A stretch of 64,000 nucleotides of DNA from NCBI RefSeq assembly GCF_006345805.1, contig NC_043008.1, positions 60,946,001 through 61,010,000 on the forward strand, written 5' to 3'. How positions within the stretch are numbered: position 1 is the first letter of the stretch; every line of letters starts with the position of its first letter. The notes under the pieces were generated by a model. That model did not search any database. It saw nothing but the letters and a program-made list of their open reading frames with translations, and was not told the DNA's origin. This DNA comes from Octopus sinensis (Eukaryota). The position numbers and the translations under genes were made by a program. Shown here one piece after another: positions 52,831 through 64,000 of this stretch.

Positions 52831-52990
52831 CCCACCATCGCTTATATATATATATACGACGGGCTTCTTTCAGTTTCCGTCTACCAATTCGACTCACAAG
52901 GTTTTGGTCGTCCGAGGCTATAGTAGAAAGTGCGACTGAACCGGGAACCATGAGGTTGGTAATTAAGCTACTAACCACACACCCAATCCT
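52583..52990 (-). mobile_element. Family A SINE
   Basis: Reverse-complement tail, microsatellite, core and head. Confidence 0.8.
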
Positions 52991-53016
52991 GCGACAATAA
53001 ACATAGCCACTCCTGA

Positions 53017-53066
<50 letters not shown>

Positions 53067-53398
53067 CATTTATTTATTTTTCCTTCTTCAAATTTCCGTT
53101 TCTCGCCGGGTGTTTTCCGTACACCTAGGGCAGAGAAGCTCATTGTATGCATTCCCAGATTATGCACACAAATTCAAAGATAAATAAACTCATGGGTGGA
53201 TGTTGTTTTCACCGCGATAATGCTCTTCTCAGTACATGAGCCGTTCCAGTTAATACGTTGTTTTGCACTTCTTGTAAGGATGGTAAGCCTGGTATCATTT
53301 TCAAATAGGTTTCAGTACCCTTTTTATATCATTTCTAGACATCCTACAATCACTGGTACTCTAGTCGCCTTGAGATGCCACATTTTTTCAGTTTCTAT
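53067..53398 (-). mobile_element. 5'-truncated R4/Dong-like element inserted in (TAA)n
   Basis: IETEKMWHLKATRVPVIVGCLEMI/KKGTETYLKMIPGLPSLQEVQNNVLTGTAHVLRRALSR* (stop at 53209-53211, one frameshift), then 3' UTR into (AAT)n. Confidence 0.85.
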
Positions 53399-53399
53399 T

Positions 53400-53447
53400 A
53401 GCAATTATTATTATTATTATTATCATTATTATTATTATTATTATTAC

Positions 53448-53483
<36 letters not shown>

Positions 53484-53489
53484 CTTTAC

Positions 53490-53537
<48 letters not shown>

Positions 53538-53672
53538 CATTATTATTATTATTATTATTATTGTTGCTGTTGTTGTTGTTATTAATGTTATTGTTATTGT
53601 TATTGTTATTATTATTATTATTATTATCATTGTTGTTGTTGTTGTTGTTAATGTTATTGTTATTGTTATTAA

Positions 53673-53703
<31 letters not shown>

Positions 53704-54028
53704 GTTATTATTATTATTATCAGTATTATTATTATCATATTTTCTACTAGATGCAGGAGGTCACGAAATTTGACAGTGGGCTGGGATAATTTAATCGATT
53801 TCCTTGACCCAGTAGTTGACTGGCATTTTAGTTTAACAAATTTGAAATGGTAAAAACCAAAGGCCACCATGACACGATTTCAACTCAGTGTGTAGAAAGG
53901 CAGAATCAAAAAACGCTGAGCAATTGGTCCTACGCACTATCGACTTTACCGACTCAGCGGGTCATTAAAAAATACTTCTATAAGTAGTATTAGTCATCGT
54001 CTTGATCACCACCACCACCGTCGTAGTC

Positions 54029-54077
<49 letters not shown>

Positions 54078-54084
54078 CATCGTC

Positions 54085-54133
<49 letters not shown>

Positions 54134-54137
54134 CCAC

Positions 54138-54214
<77 letters not shown>

Positions 54215-54230
54215 CATCGTCTTCATCATC

Positions 54231-54261
<31 letters not shown>

Positions 54262-54266
54262 CCACC

Positions 54267-54297
<31 letters not shown>

Positions 54298-54309
54298 TAT
54301 TATTATTAT

Positions 54310-54344
<35 letters not shown>

Positions 54345-54374
54345 TAGTAGTAGTAGTAGTAGTAATAGTAGTAT

Positions 54375-54412
<38 letters not shown>

Positions 54413-54830
54413 TAGTAGTTGTAGTAGTTTTGGAGCTAGTCGTCTTGTACTCGTTATAATAATATTAATGACTGATCGCTAATGATAATAATGATAATGA
54501 TGATGATGATGATGATGTTGAGGAAGACGATAACGATGACGACGACGACGACGATGAGGGCAACGACAATGAAAGCGACGATGGTGACGCAAAGAAATGC
54601 ATGGCTGGTGCCATGTCAATGATAGGAACCTTGTTCAGGATGTGAAAGAGAAATAATATAATGAATAATTGTTTTGTGGGTTTCAATGGTTTACAAACTT
54701 AGTGTAGCCATGTGGAGAATATGGCAGACAGGGTAAAAACGCTTACACTGAAAGAAACACCATCGAAAATAAAGATAAATAAAAAACGGATAAATGTTTA
54801 GAAAGGAAAATATTGTTCGAGAAGATTGTT

Positions 54831-54866
<36 letters not shown>

Positions 54867-55786
54867 GTGATGATGGTGATGATGATGATGATGATGATGA
54901 TGATAATGATGGTGATGATGATAAGGAAGATGAAGATGATGATGATTAGAATTATGACAGTAATGATAATGATAAGGTTGTTGACGATGGTGATGTTGAT
55001 GATAATGATGATGGTGAGAATTATGACAGTAATGATAATGAGAAGTTTGATGATGATGATGATGATGATGATGGTGGTGGTGATGATGATGGTGATGATC
55101 CGATGATGATGACGATGATGAAGAAGAAGAAGAAGAAGAAGAAGAAGAAGAAGAAGAAGAAGAAGAACAAGAAGAAGAAGAAGAAGAAGAAGAAGATAAT
55201 GATGATGATTCTAGCACTATTATTGATGTTCTGTTGCACATGATGATGATGATGTTGATGATGGTTATTATGATGATGAAGATGATGAGGATAGTTGTGA
55301 TAATGATGATAAAGAAGATAAACAAGAAGAGCTCGTAGATTAGTGTAGAAAAATATGAAACAGAACAAGTGTAAGAATAAGAGAAAGAAAAGAAGGGGGC
55401 GAAATTTAGGAGGGGAAAAATGTGAACAACGAAAGCAACAACAGCAACAACACCAATAACAAACAATATCAAAGAAGAGTTTGAAGAAGGGAAAGAGGAG
55501 AGAAAAAACGGTTTGGAAGAAGTAAAGCAAGAACACGACGATGATGAAATAGGCGGAGAAGCAAAAATAGAATAAAGAAGATGAAGAAAGAATAAAAGAA
55601 AATTTGAACATAAAAAGACAAAGATGATGATGATGATGATGATGTTAATGATGTTGATGATGATGATGATGGTGATGATGATGTTGATGGTGATGATGAT
55701 GATGATGTTGATGGTGATGATGATGATAATGGTGATGATGATGATGACGTTGATGATGATGATGAATGACGATAATGGTGATGATG

Positions 55787-55819
<33 letters not shown>

Positions 55820-55975
55820 GTGGTGGTGATGATGATGATAATGATGATGATGATGATGATGATGGTGATGATGATAATGGTGATGATGATGATGATGATG
55901 CTTATGCTGCTGCTGCTGATTATGATGCTGATGCTTAGGATGATAATGATGATGATGATGATGATGATGATTCTG
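53400..55975. repeat. Compound trinucleotide arrays: (ATT), (GTT), (CAT), (AGT), (GAT), (AAG)
   Basis: Direct reading; explains the poly-amino-acid ORFs. Confidence 0.95.
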
Positions 55976-56679
55976 AAAAAGAAGAAGAGGGGGAATGTAA
56001 AAGGTAAAGAAGAGGTTGGCCAAAACGACGGATGCAGCGCGATTAAGGAAAGGATGTTAGATAAAAAGCGAGTATTTATATTTAATTAGAGAGAAAGGCT
56101 TTCGGAAATATATCATTACGTGGTACCGCTGACACAACAAAAAGGTCTTCAATGTTAATATAAAACGTGGAGTGTGGAGGGTAAATGAAAAGAAAAAAGA
56201 AAAAAAAGGAAAACGATATGTTTTCCTTATAGTTAAGATGTACGATGAAGACAAACGTTTGCTTAAATTTCTTTTTGAAGGATAGGTTGGCGCCATAATG
56301 CGGTGCTGTATTCGCCGAAGCGCGTCCGTACTCAGATTTCGATTCTCCGTCTTTTAACCAATCTATTTAAAAGGTAAATGGTTTTTATTTATTTTTCTCT
56401 TCTTTTTTTTTGTTGGCAAAAGAAGGAAGGAAGTTAAGAGCAGCCGCAAATATATCTCTTGATATCATCAGAGAAAGATTCCTAAATGAGAACAGAATAG
56501 CTCTTTAGATAATAATTGCGTGCGTTTATCTGTTTACGACTTGCATAATGATATTTTGCCAGGAATGTAGAATCTAGGGATGTACCAGTCATGCACTCGG
56601 TTTCATTGTGTCGAACTCCATTCCTTCCTTCTATATGTTTGAAATATTTGTTTCAAATATTGGCAACGATCAACAATTA

Positions 56680-57258
56680 CGGGGGTGAGTAAGAGTTGAT
56701 TACGTGACCCCAGTTTGCAAATGGTACCTAATTTATCGGCCCTGAAAGGATGAAAGGCAAAGTCGACCTCGGAGGAATTTTAACTGAGGATGTAAAGACA
56801 GATGAAATACCGCTAAGCAATTCGCCCAGCGTGCTAATGTTTCTTATTTCTTTATTGCCAACAAGGGGCTAAACATAGAGGGGACAAACAAAGACAAACA
56901 AAGGGATTAAGTCGATTACATCGACCCCAGTGCGTAACTGGTACTTAATTTATCGACGCCGAAAGGATGAAAGGCAAAGTTGACCTCGAAAGAATTTGAA
57001 CTCAGAATGTAGCGACTGAGGGAATAACTATTTCTTTACTACGCAAACTGGGATAAAGACAGAAAGGACAAACAAGGACAGACAAACGGATTATGTCAAT
57101 TAAATCGACCCCAGTGCGTAACTGGTACTTAATTTATCGACACCGAAAGGATGAAAGGCAAAGTCGACCTCGGAAGAATTTGAACACAGAACGTAGAGGC
57201 AGAGGAAATACTGCTAAGCATTTCGCCCGGCGTGATAACGTTTCTGCCAACTCGCCGC
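56680..57258 (-). mobile_element. Head-to-tail array of three family B SINE units
   Basis: gaaaggatgaaaggcaaagt.gacctc occurs at ~56745, ~56962 and ~57145; head ctgccaactcgccgcc at 57244-57259. Confidence 0.85.
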
Positions 57259-57739
57259 CTTTATATGAAGTTTTCTTTCTGCTATATTTGTCAAACTATT
57301 TTCTGAAATGCTGATCACAGTCACCCATTGATTATATACTTTAATTCCACGAAAAATAATATTGCTGTTTATCACCGCTGTCACGTTTGGCTGCAAATTT
57401 TTTTTAGCAATTTTTAGTAAATTGAATTAAAGAGAGATAACAATAGAAAAGAACTGACCACCTTCTGGTGGTATTGTTGACACAACGCTCCAAATTGTCT
57501 GTTGCCATTTGAACGCATTTTTTATGTTGGAACCATCTATATGCAAATTATTGTGTTAGTGGTGGCCTATAAGATTTAGTAAGCAAATAAATTTGATGAT
57601 GATAATGATGATGATAATAATGATGATGATAATGGTGGTGATGATGATGATGATGATAATGACGTCGGTGACAATAATAATAATAACAACAACAACGATA
57701 ATAATAATACTGATAATAATAACAACAATATTAATAATT

Positions 57740-58290
57740 TGTAAAAAGTGGGGGCCAGAGAGCGGACTGTGTGAAAAGTGCATCCTAAAGAGATGTAAGA
57801 CGTGGTATAAGCGCAAAATACACGGCGTGGCGGAGTCGAAGAACTACAAAATCCTGTGGGATCTCCCAATGCCAGACGACCAGTCGGCCAAAGTGGTAGT
57901 ATCCAAGGTGAAAGACATGACTCCTATAATTGATGTTGCGCGCTCCTTTTATCCACAAGTAATGAATAAAGAATGTAAAAAGATAAATATATAAAATTGT
58001 CTTATATACGATATAGCTCGACTTTGGAAAATGAAAAAGGTAGTGACAATTATTTTTGGGTTGTTGGGGTAGTATCAGAAGGCATTGAAGGGAAATATAA
58101 GGGAGATAGGAATAGAATGTCTAGTAGAGGTGTTACATAAGTTTTGTCTCCTTGGAACGGCCACAATTCTCAGGAATGTATGACATATTTCAAAAGATCA
58201 GGTAGCATGATATCTTGGGTTGCAGGTAACAAACTCGCAACGCATGCAAATCTCCAGGAGTTCTAAAGAAAACTGAATGACAAAACCTGA
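57740..58290 (+). mobile_element. R4/Dong-like 3' remnant ending in (AAT)n
   Basis: WYKRKIHGVAESKNYKILWD..IIDVA..MNKECKKI, then ARLWKMKKV..GLLG, then 3' UTR ..gacaaaacctg + (AAT)n. Confidence 0.8.
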
Positions 58291-58293
58291 ATA

Positions 58294-58352
<59 letters not shown>

Positions 58353-58414
58353 CTGACGGTGATGATGTTGATGGTGATGATGATGATAATGATGATGATG
58401 ATGATGATAATAAA

Positions 58415-58470
<56 letters not shown>

Positions 58471-58608
58471 TGCTGATGGTGATGATGTTGATGATGATGA
58501 TGATGATTATGATGATGATGATGATGATGATGATAATAAAAATAAAAATAATAATGATGATAATGCTAATAATAATAATAATAATAATAATGCTGATGGT
58601 GATGATGT

Positions 58609-58648
<40 letters not shown>

Positions 58649-58680
58649 AATAAAAATAATGCTAATAATAATGATAATGC

Positions 58681-58744
<64 letters not shown>

Positions 58745-58790
58745 GATAATAATAATGATAATAATAATAAATTGCTATTGTTATTATTAA
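58290..58790. repeat. Higher-order (AAT)/(GAT) array with ~120-bp periodicity
   Basis: tgctga.ggtgatgatgttgatg recurs at 58350, 58470 and 58590. Confidence 0.85.
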
Positions 58791-59483
58791 TTTACTAACA
58801 TTCGTATTCTTTGAAATTGTGCTTAAAATAGGGGAGATGAAAGAAAATGTTTCAAAGCATTTTTGTATCATTCGAGAGATCCCTAAGCGTCTTATTAAAT
58901 TGGCAAAATCCTGCGAATAATTTCTGTGGCAAAATACAGAGAGTGTTGGGAATAGCTACGTTGTGTGACAATGCTGGATGATCTCATGAGCAAAGAAAAA
59001 AAGTAGGTACATGGAAAACTAGAACTCCTTGGATATGAGAACGAAGCGAATATTGGAGGTAATAAGTTAAGAAGACCAAAATTATTTGCGTGTACGCGTG
59101 TGTTATTGGGTGTGCATATGCACGTGCTTACGTGTGGTTTGAGAGCTAACGAGTCACTGACAGGGAACGTTTCAACTAACGTTGTTAAGCAAGGCGAGTG
59201 GATGATACAAACAGCTGGAAAGCCAAGGTGACTAGCGGTGTAGTATGTTGTGTGAGTGAGGACGTAAGTATGCAAGTATGCAAGTATTTGTGTGTGCATG
59301 TATATGGGTTTGCTATGTTGTACAGGGTATGGTTTATATTTTCCTGCTTATAGGAGAGTGATAGGGGCTATTCGAATACCTGACTGGAAATGACTTTCTA
59401 TATTTTTGGTAACAAATAAGATCTGTAGTGGACCTTAAGACACCTGTGTTCTTTCTGTCTGTATGTCTATATGTCTGTCTCTT

Positions 59484-59524
<41 letters not shown>

Positions 59525-59565
59525 CGGGAAGCTTTATGAAAATAAACAAAGACGAAGGCAGGTGG

Positions 59566-59628
<63 letters not shown>

Positions 59629-59720
59629 ATGGTGTTGCTACATGAATTTCTTCACGAATACTTTTTAGCATATACATACTACATACATACATACATACTT
59701 ACATACATACATACATCTCC

Positions 59721-60300
59721 AGGCATGGTTACATAGTAAGAAGCCTGCTTCAGGACAACATGATCCAAGCTTCAGTACCACTTCCTGTGTACAGTTGACT
59801 TCTATTATAACAACGAGCGGACCAGAGCATTGTGAGTGGATTTGGTAGACAGAAACCGAGAGAAACCGTCATAAACATGTATGGCCGTTAATGATGGACC
59901 GCCAAACACGGTATTTCTTTTTATTTTATTCTCTCTGTTTGTTTCCTCTTGTTCTTTTCCGTTGAAGTGCGTAGGCTTTTTGTTTACACAGCTGCCTTCG
60001 TTTCTTGTTCTTCTGTATATTCCATGCATACATATGTATATGTGTATGTGTGTGTGTGTGTGTGCGTGTGTGTGTGTCTGTGTGTGTATCCTTGATTCTC
60101 TGTTTGTCCCCCTCACCACTTGGAAATCAACCGGTGGTGATGTGTTTGTGTCTCCGTAAATTAGCGGTTCGGCAAAATAGATCGATTAAATACGAGTCAG
60201 TACCAGGTTTTTAAAAAAACATGTACTGGAGTCGATACATTGAACTAAAACTTCTTCGAGACGGTACCCCATCATCGCTACATCCAAATGAGTGAACAAA
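59721..60300 (+). mobile_element. Degenerate family A SINE
   Basis: gtgagtggatttggtagac.gaaac, internal (TG)n, ttagcggttcggcaaaa. Confidence 0.65.
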
Positions 60301-60345
60301 GGTGAAAGATACACACACATACGCATACATTTATAGATGTTTGTG

Positions 60346-60422
<77 letters not shown>
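60346..60422. repeat. (TATC)n tetranucleotide repeat
   Basis: Direct reading. Confidence 0.95.
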
Positions 60423-60440
60423 CTCTCTCTATATATATAT

Positions 60441-60600
60441 ACCGGAGTAAACACATAAATGTGAAACAAGGTGGAAAAAAGAGTACTCAAATACCAGTGG
60501 TAGAGTAATATGCTTTATTCTAGCAAAAACTGTCCGATGAACGGCAACGGGAAACTCAGAGTAACATGTTTTGTTGAATTTTCTGCTGCTTTAAATAAAG
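60441..60600 (+). mobile_element. Second copy of the CCGANGA hammerhead-like short element
   Basis: aaaactgt CCGATGA acggcaacgg GAAA ctcagag TA aca at 60526-60566; flanks homologous to 47247-47430. Confidence 0.55.
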
Positions 60601-60713
60601 TATATATATATATATATATAAAATATTATTAGAGACAAAACCACTATTTTGCAAAACAAACAAGGAAAGACTTAATCAATACATAAAATTTTAATAAATA
60701 GTCAAAAAAACCG

Positions 60714-60756
60714 CCACTACAATCGTTTCTTGTCTTGATCGACAATCTTCAGGTGG
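60714..60756 (-). ncRNA. Minimal type I hammerhead, inverted copy
   Basis: Exact reverse complement of 60788-60830. Confidence 0.75.
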
Positions 60757-60787
60757 ACTTCCAATAAGTCAGTTTCAATTATGAAGT

Positions 60788-60830
60788 CCACCTGAAGATT
60801 GTCGATCAAGACAAGAAACGATTGTAGTGG
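60788..60830 (+). ncRNA. Minimal type I hammerhead ribozyme
   Basis: ccac CUGAAGA uuguc-gaucaa-gacaa GAAA cgauug UA gugg; cleavage after A60826. Confidence 0.75.
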
Positions 60831-61007
60831 CGGTTTTTTGACTATTTATTAAAATTTTATGTATTGATTAAGTCTTTCCTTGTTTGTTTTGCAAAATAGT
60901 GGTTTTGTCTCTAATAATATTTTATAATATTTTACTATAAATTTGGATTTAATCCTAATCTGATTTTTTTCCTGTAATTTGGATTTATTCCCTAGTATTT
61001 ATTATTT

Positions 61008-61050
<43 letters not shown>

Positions 61051-61299
61051 ATGCGCCCTTTTAAAGCCTAGCCAGGGTGATGGGCCCGGTTTCCTGATTT
61101 CAATGGCGTAAATGGTCCAGCTGGACAGGACGCCAATCCATCGCAGCAGCATTACTCATTTTTGCCAGCTGAGTGGACTGGAGGAACGTGAAATGAAGTG
61201 TTTTGCTCAAGACACAATGCGACTACCGGTCCCGGAATCGAAACCATAATCTTACGATCATGATGCTGGCACCCTAACCACTAACCCACGCGCCTCCAC
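61051..61299 (-). mobile_element. tRNA-derived SINE family C
   Basis: gagtggactggag.aacgtgaaat.aagtg.tttgctcaa core and ggaatcgaaacc..ccctaaccact..cgcgcctccac head, shared with 13608-14236 and 1-216. Confidence 0.8.
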
Positions 61300-61317
61300 C
61301 ATACATACATACATACA

Positions 61318-61367
<50 letters not shown>

Positions 61368-61379
61368 ATATAATATATA

Positions 61380-61424
<45 letters not shown>

Positions 61425-61435
61425 TATATATCTAT

Positions 61436-61470
<35 letters not shown>

Positions 61471-61531
61471 TTAATATATCTATCTATTATATGTGTATAC
61501 TATATATATAATATGTTATATATAATATATA

Positions 61532-61562
<31 letters not shown>

Positions 61563-62382
61563 ATATTATATATTATATATATATATACACAGAGAAATGG
61601 AGAGATAGAGAAAAAGTGATAAATAAATACGGAAGGAACTAGACAGCTATACAAATAACGTATGCTAATCTATCTTCCATCAATTGCTCTATGTACATAC
61701 ACACATATATAATTATGAGTACCCGTGTGCATATCTCTGTCTATGTTTAATTTTGTGTACATATGAATTTTGATATGGATATGTATAAATGCATTTTATT
61801 CATATAATGAATTATAGACTGGTTTAGCAAATTAAGACTATTTTCTATGTTTCATGTTTTTCTATGGCGTTACCTATTGGCGTTCTGTCTACACATCAGA
61901 AAAAAAAGAAAGAAAAAATCCACTTGTGAATAACCGCAACAGCTTATTAGTAAAGTATTGAATTATAAGGAAAAAAGTAAAAGAAAGGAAGAAAGAAAGA
62001 AGGAAAGAAAGAAAGAAAGACGAAAAGTCGGAATGAAAGAAAGTTATAGGAAACAACGCTTTAATAGGAACGTTAGCCACAACAACAATCGGATAATACA
62101 AAACAGATATTGAGTATCTAATCCATTACTAACTACCTGCAAAGATAACTGAGTCTTTGTAGAAAACTTCATTATTGATTTGAGATATTTCACACATCGG
62201 CAGACACTTTTGCCTCTCACTTTAAAAGCAACAATCGATGTTTGTTACTGTTTATGCTCGTATTTGTATATGTATGTCGATATGTATTTGCGTATGCGTA
62301 TGCGCATACACAGAGACACACAGAGACATTTATATATACATTTATATTCTTACATACGTATATGAATATACATATATATATG

Positions 62383-62429
<47 letters not shown>

Positions 62430-62653
62430 CTGTGTGTGTGTGTGTGTCTGTGTTTCTGTGTGTTTGTGTGTGTGTGTACATATGATATATATGTATATAG
62501 ATGTACATGTATATATAGAGGATAATACATACATATAAATATATATTTATTATATATATATATATGTGTATATATAGAGATTATACACATATAAATATAT
62601 ATTTATATATATATATATATATGTGTATATATAGCTATATATTTTATTTATAG

Positions 62654-62709
<56 letters not shown>

Positions 62710-64000
62710 TATATATTGTATATATATAGTTATACATTTAATGTATAGATATATGTATATATATACGTATGAATAAATGAATTGATAGATATAGATATAC
62801 ATTGTCAAAGTTATAGATCATTGTATACATACGTATGTATCTATCTTCGTATGTCTCTCTCTCTCACGGCATATATATATATACATACATTCTCACCCAA
62901 CACACACACACATATATATATGCATTTATATGTGATATGTACACACGTTAACACTCATACATACGCATTTCATATATACGTATTTCTTTACATATATGTG
63001 TATGTTACAGAGCAATGTAATTGTGAGTGTTTTGCAATTTTAATTTAAGTCACTTTACTGTGATAAATAGCGTACTCTATCGAGTATGTGTTACGTTTTT
63101 TAGAATACGATGCATCTGGGATTAGACCAGAGTAGATCAAAGTTATAATGGCGTACCTATTGAAACATGGCAAATAGCAACGAAAATAATTGGTGAACAT
63201 TTTTTGTAGAAGTCCAATCAATATTGGATCGAATAGACCGTAAGCATTTTATTTCATGTGGTGTTAACATGAGTTGTTTATGATCTTAATGAGTAGGAGC
63301 GGCAAATTTCTTTTTTCCCCCTCAATATAGTTGAAGATTGTGAAACCCTTAGGAAACTAGAAAATATATAAAATAGAATTAAAATGGTTGTCGATTGCAG
63401 TTTTTGGCGATTCTTTTCGCCCCCGTTTCAAATTAACCTAATTTATTGGCAATGAAACACCGCGTGACTACTGCTGTCATGCTTCATGTTAATCTGTGAT
63501 TTCTTTTACGCTTGTCAGATACTGTAGTTGTCTCGTGGTTTGAGATCGTTGGTGACAAAATCGTACATTGCCTTGGTATCCAAGATAGATCGGACTTGCT
63601 CTTCTGACTCTTGTTACTGACGACGATGATGATGTTATTGATACCGATAAGTACAACAAAGACAACAATGATATAGATGATGATATAACGGCGTCAACGA
63701 CGATGACGATGATTTGCTGCGATCGAAGATTGCTAAAGCTTGTTAATGTCACTGTATAATTTATGTTAGTGAAGATTGTGGCGTCAATGATGTATTGTAA
63801 ATTTTGGTGGCATTGTAAGTGTTAAAAACCACAACGGTTCCTTGGTTTAGCACTGTATCAACACTTTTTAGTCATACTTGTGGCAAAATAACGCTAGCTT
63901 ATGACCATTTCGCCGTATTGTGTAATATAAGTATGCACTATCCTATGTATACCTCTGTATTTAAGGTATTAAGGTTTTATGTTGGTTTCAAATTTTGGCA

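Larger units (their letters stand above)
60617..61006. mobile_element. Foldback (inverted pLTR-like) element with a canonical hammerhead in each arm, in (TA)n
   Basis: Arms 60617-60761 and 60783-60926 (one indel), 21-nt spacer, ~80-nt extension of the right arm. Confidence 0.85.

Noticed and set aside
56285-56380. CpG-rich patch with CCAAT, TATTTAAA and a possible donor
   Set aside because: Could be a promoter or first exon, but it is short and has no downstream support.
63103-63245. Candidate exon (tttttag|AATACG...GACC|gtaagc)
   Set aside because: Stops in all three frames.

Overview
AT-rich, microsatellite-saturated animal DNA. The repeat families look like those of an Octopus genome (recognised from memory, no search run). 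I cannot support any host protein-coding exon; nearly all short ORFs in the track are translations of simple repeats. The window is dominated by mobile DNA. (1) A near-intact Penelope-like retroelement (PLE) at 16267-22255: inverted pLTR, direct pLTR, a coiled-coil ORF1, an RT + C-terminal GIY-YIG ORF2 with no ATG of its own that overlaps ORF1 at an in-phase U_UUU_UUA slippery heptamer, and a variant hammerhead ribozyme (HHR) in each pLTR. (2) Several non-coding HHR-bearing units joined to (TA)n. The clearest are a 2.7-copy tandem of a ~600-nt monomer (43366-44983) and an inverted pair of circularly permuted copies of a related 556-nt monomer (23455-24467); together they look like a retrozyme/circRNA-type family. 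Others are a foldback element at 60.6 kb, a CCGANGA-core family, and a tRNA-headed SINE with an HHR in its tail. (3) Three tRNA-derived SINE families, a non-autonomous Helitron, three Tc1/mariner remnants, Tx1/L1-like remnants and three R4/Dong-like 3' remnants in triplet arrays. All ribozyme calls are manual folds and need covariance-model and cleavage tests.
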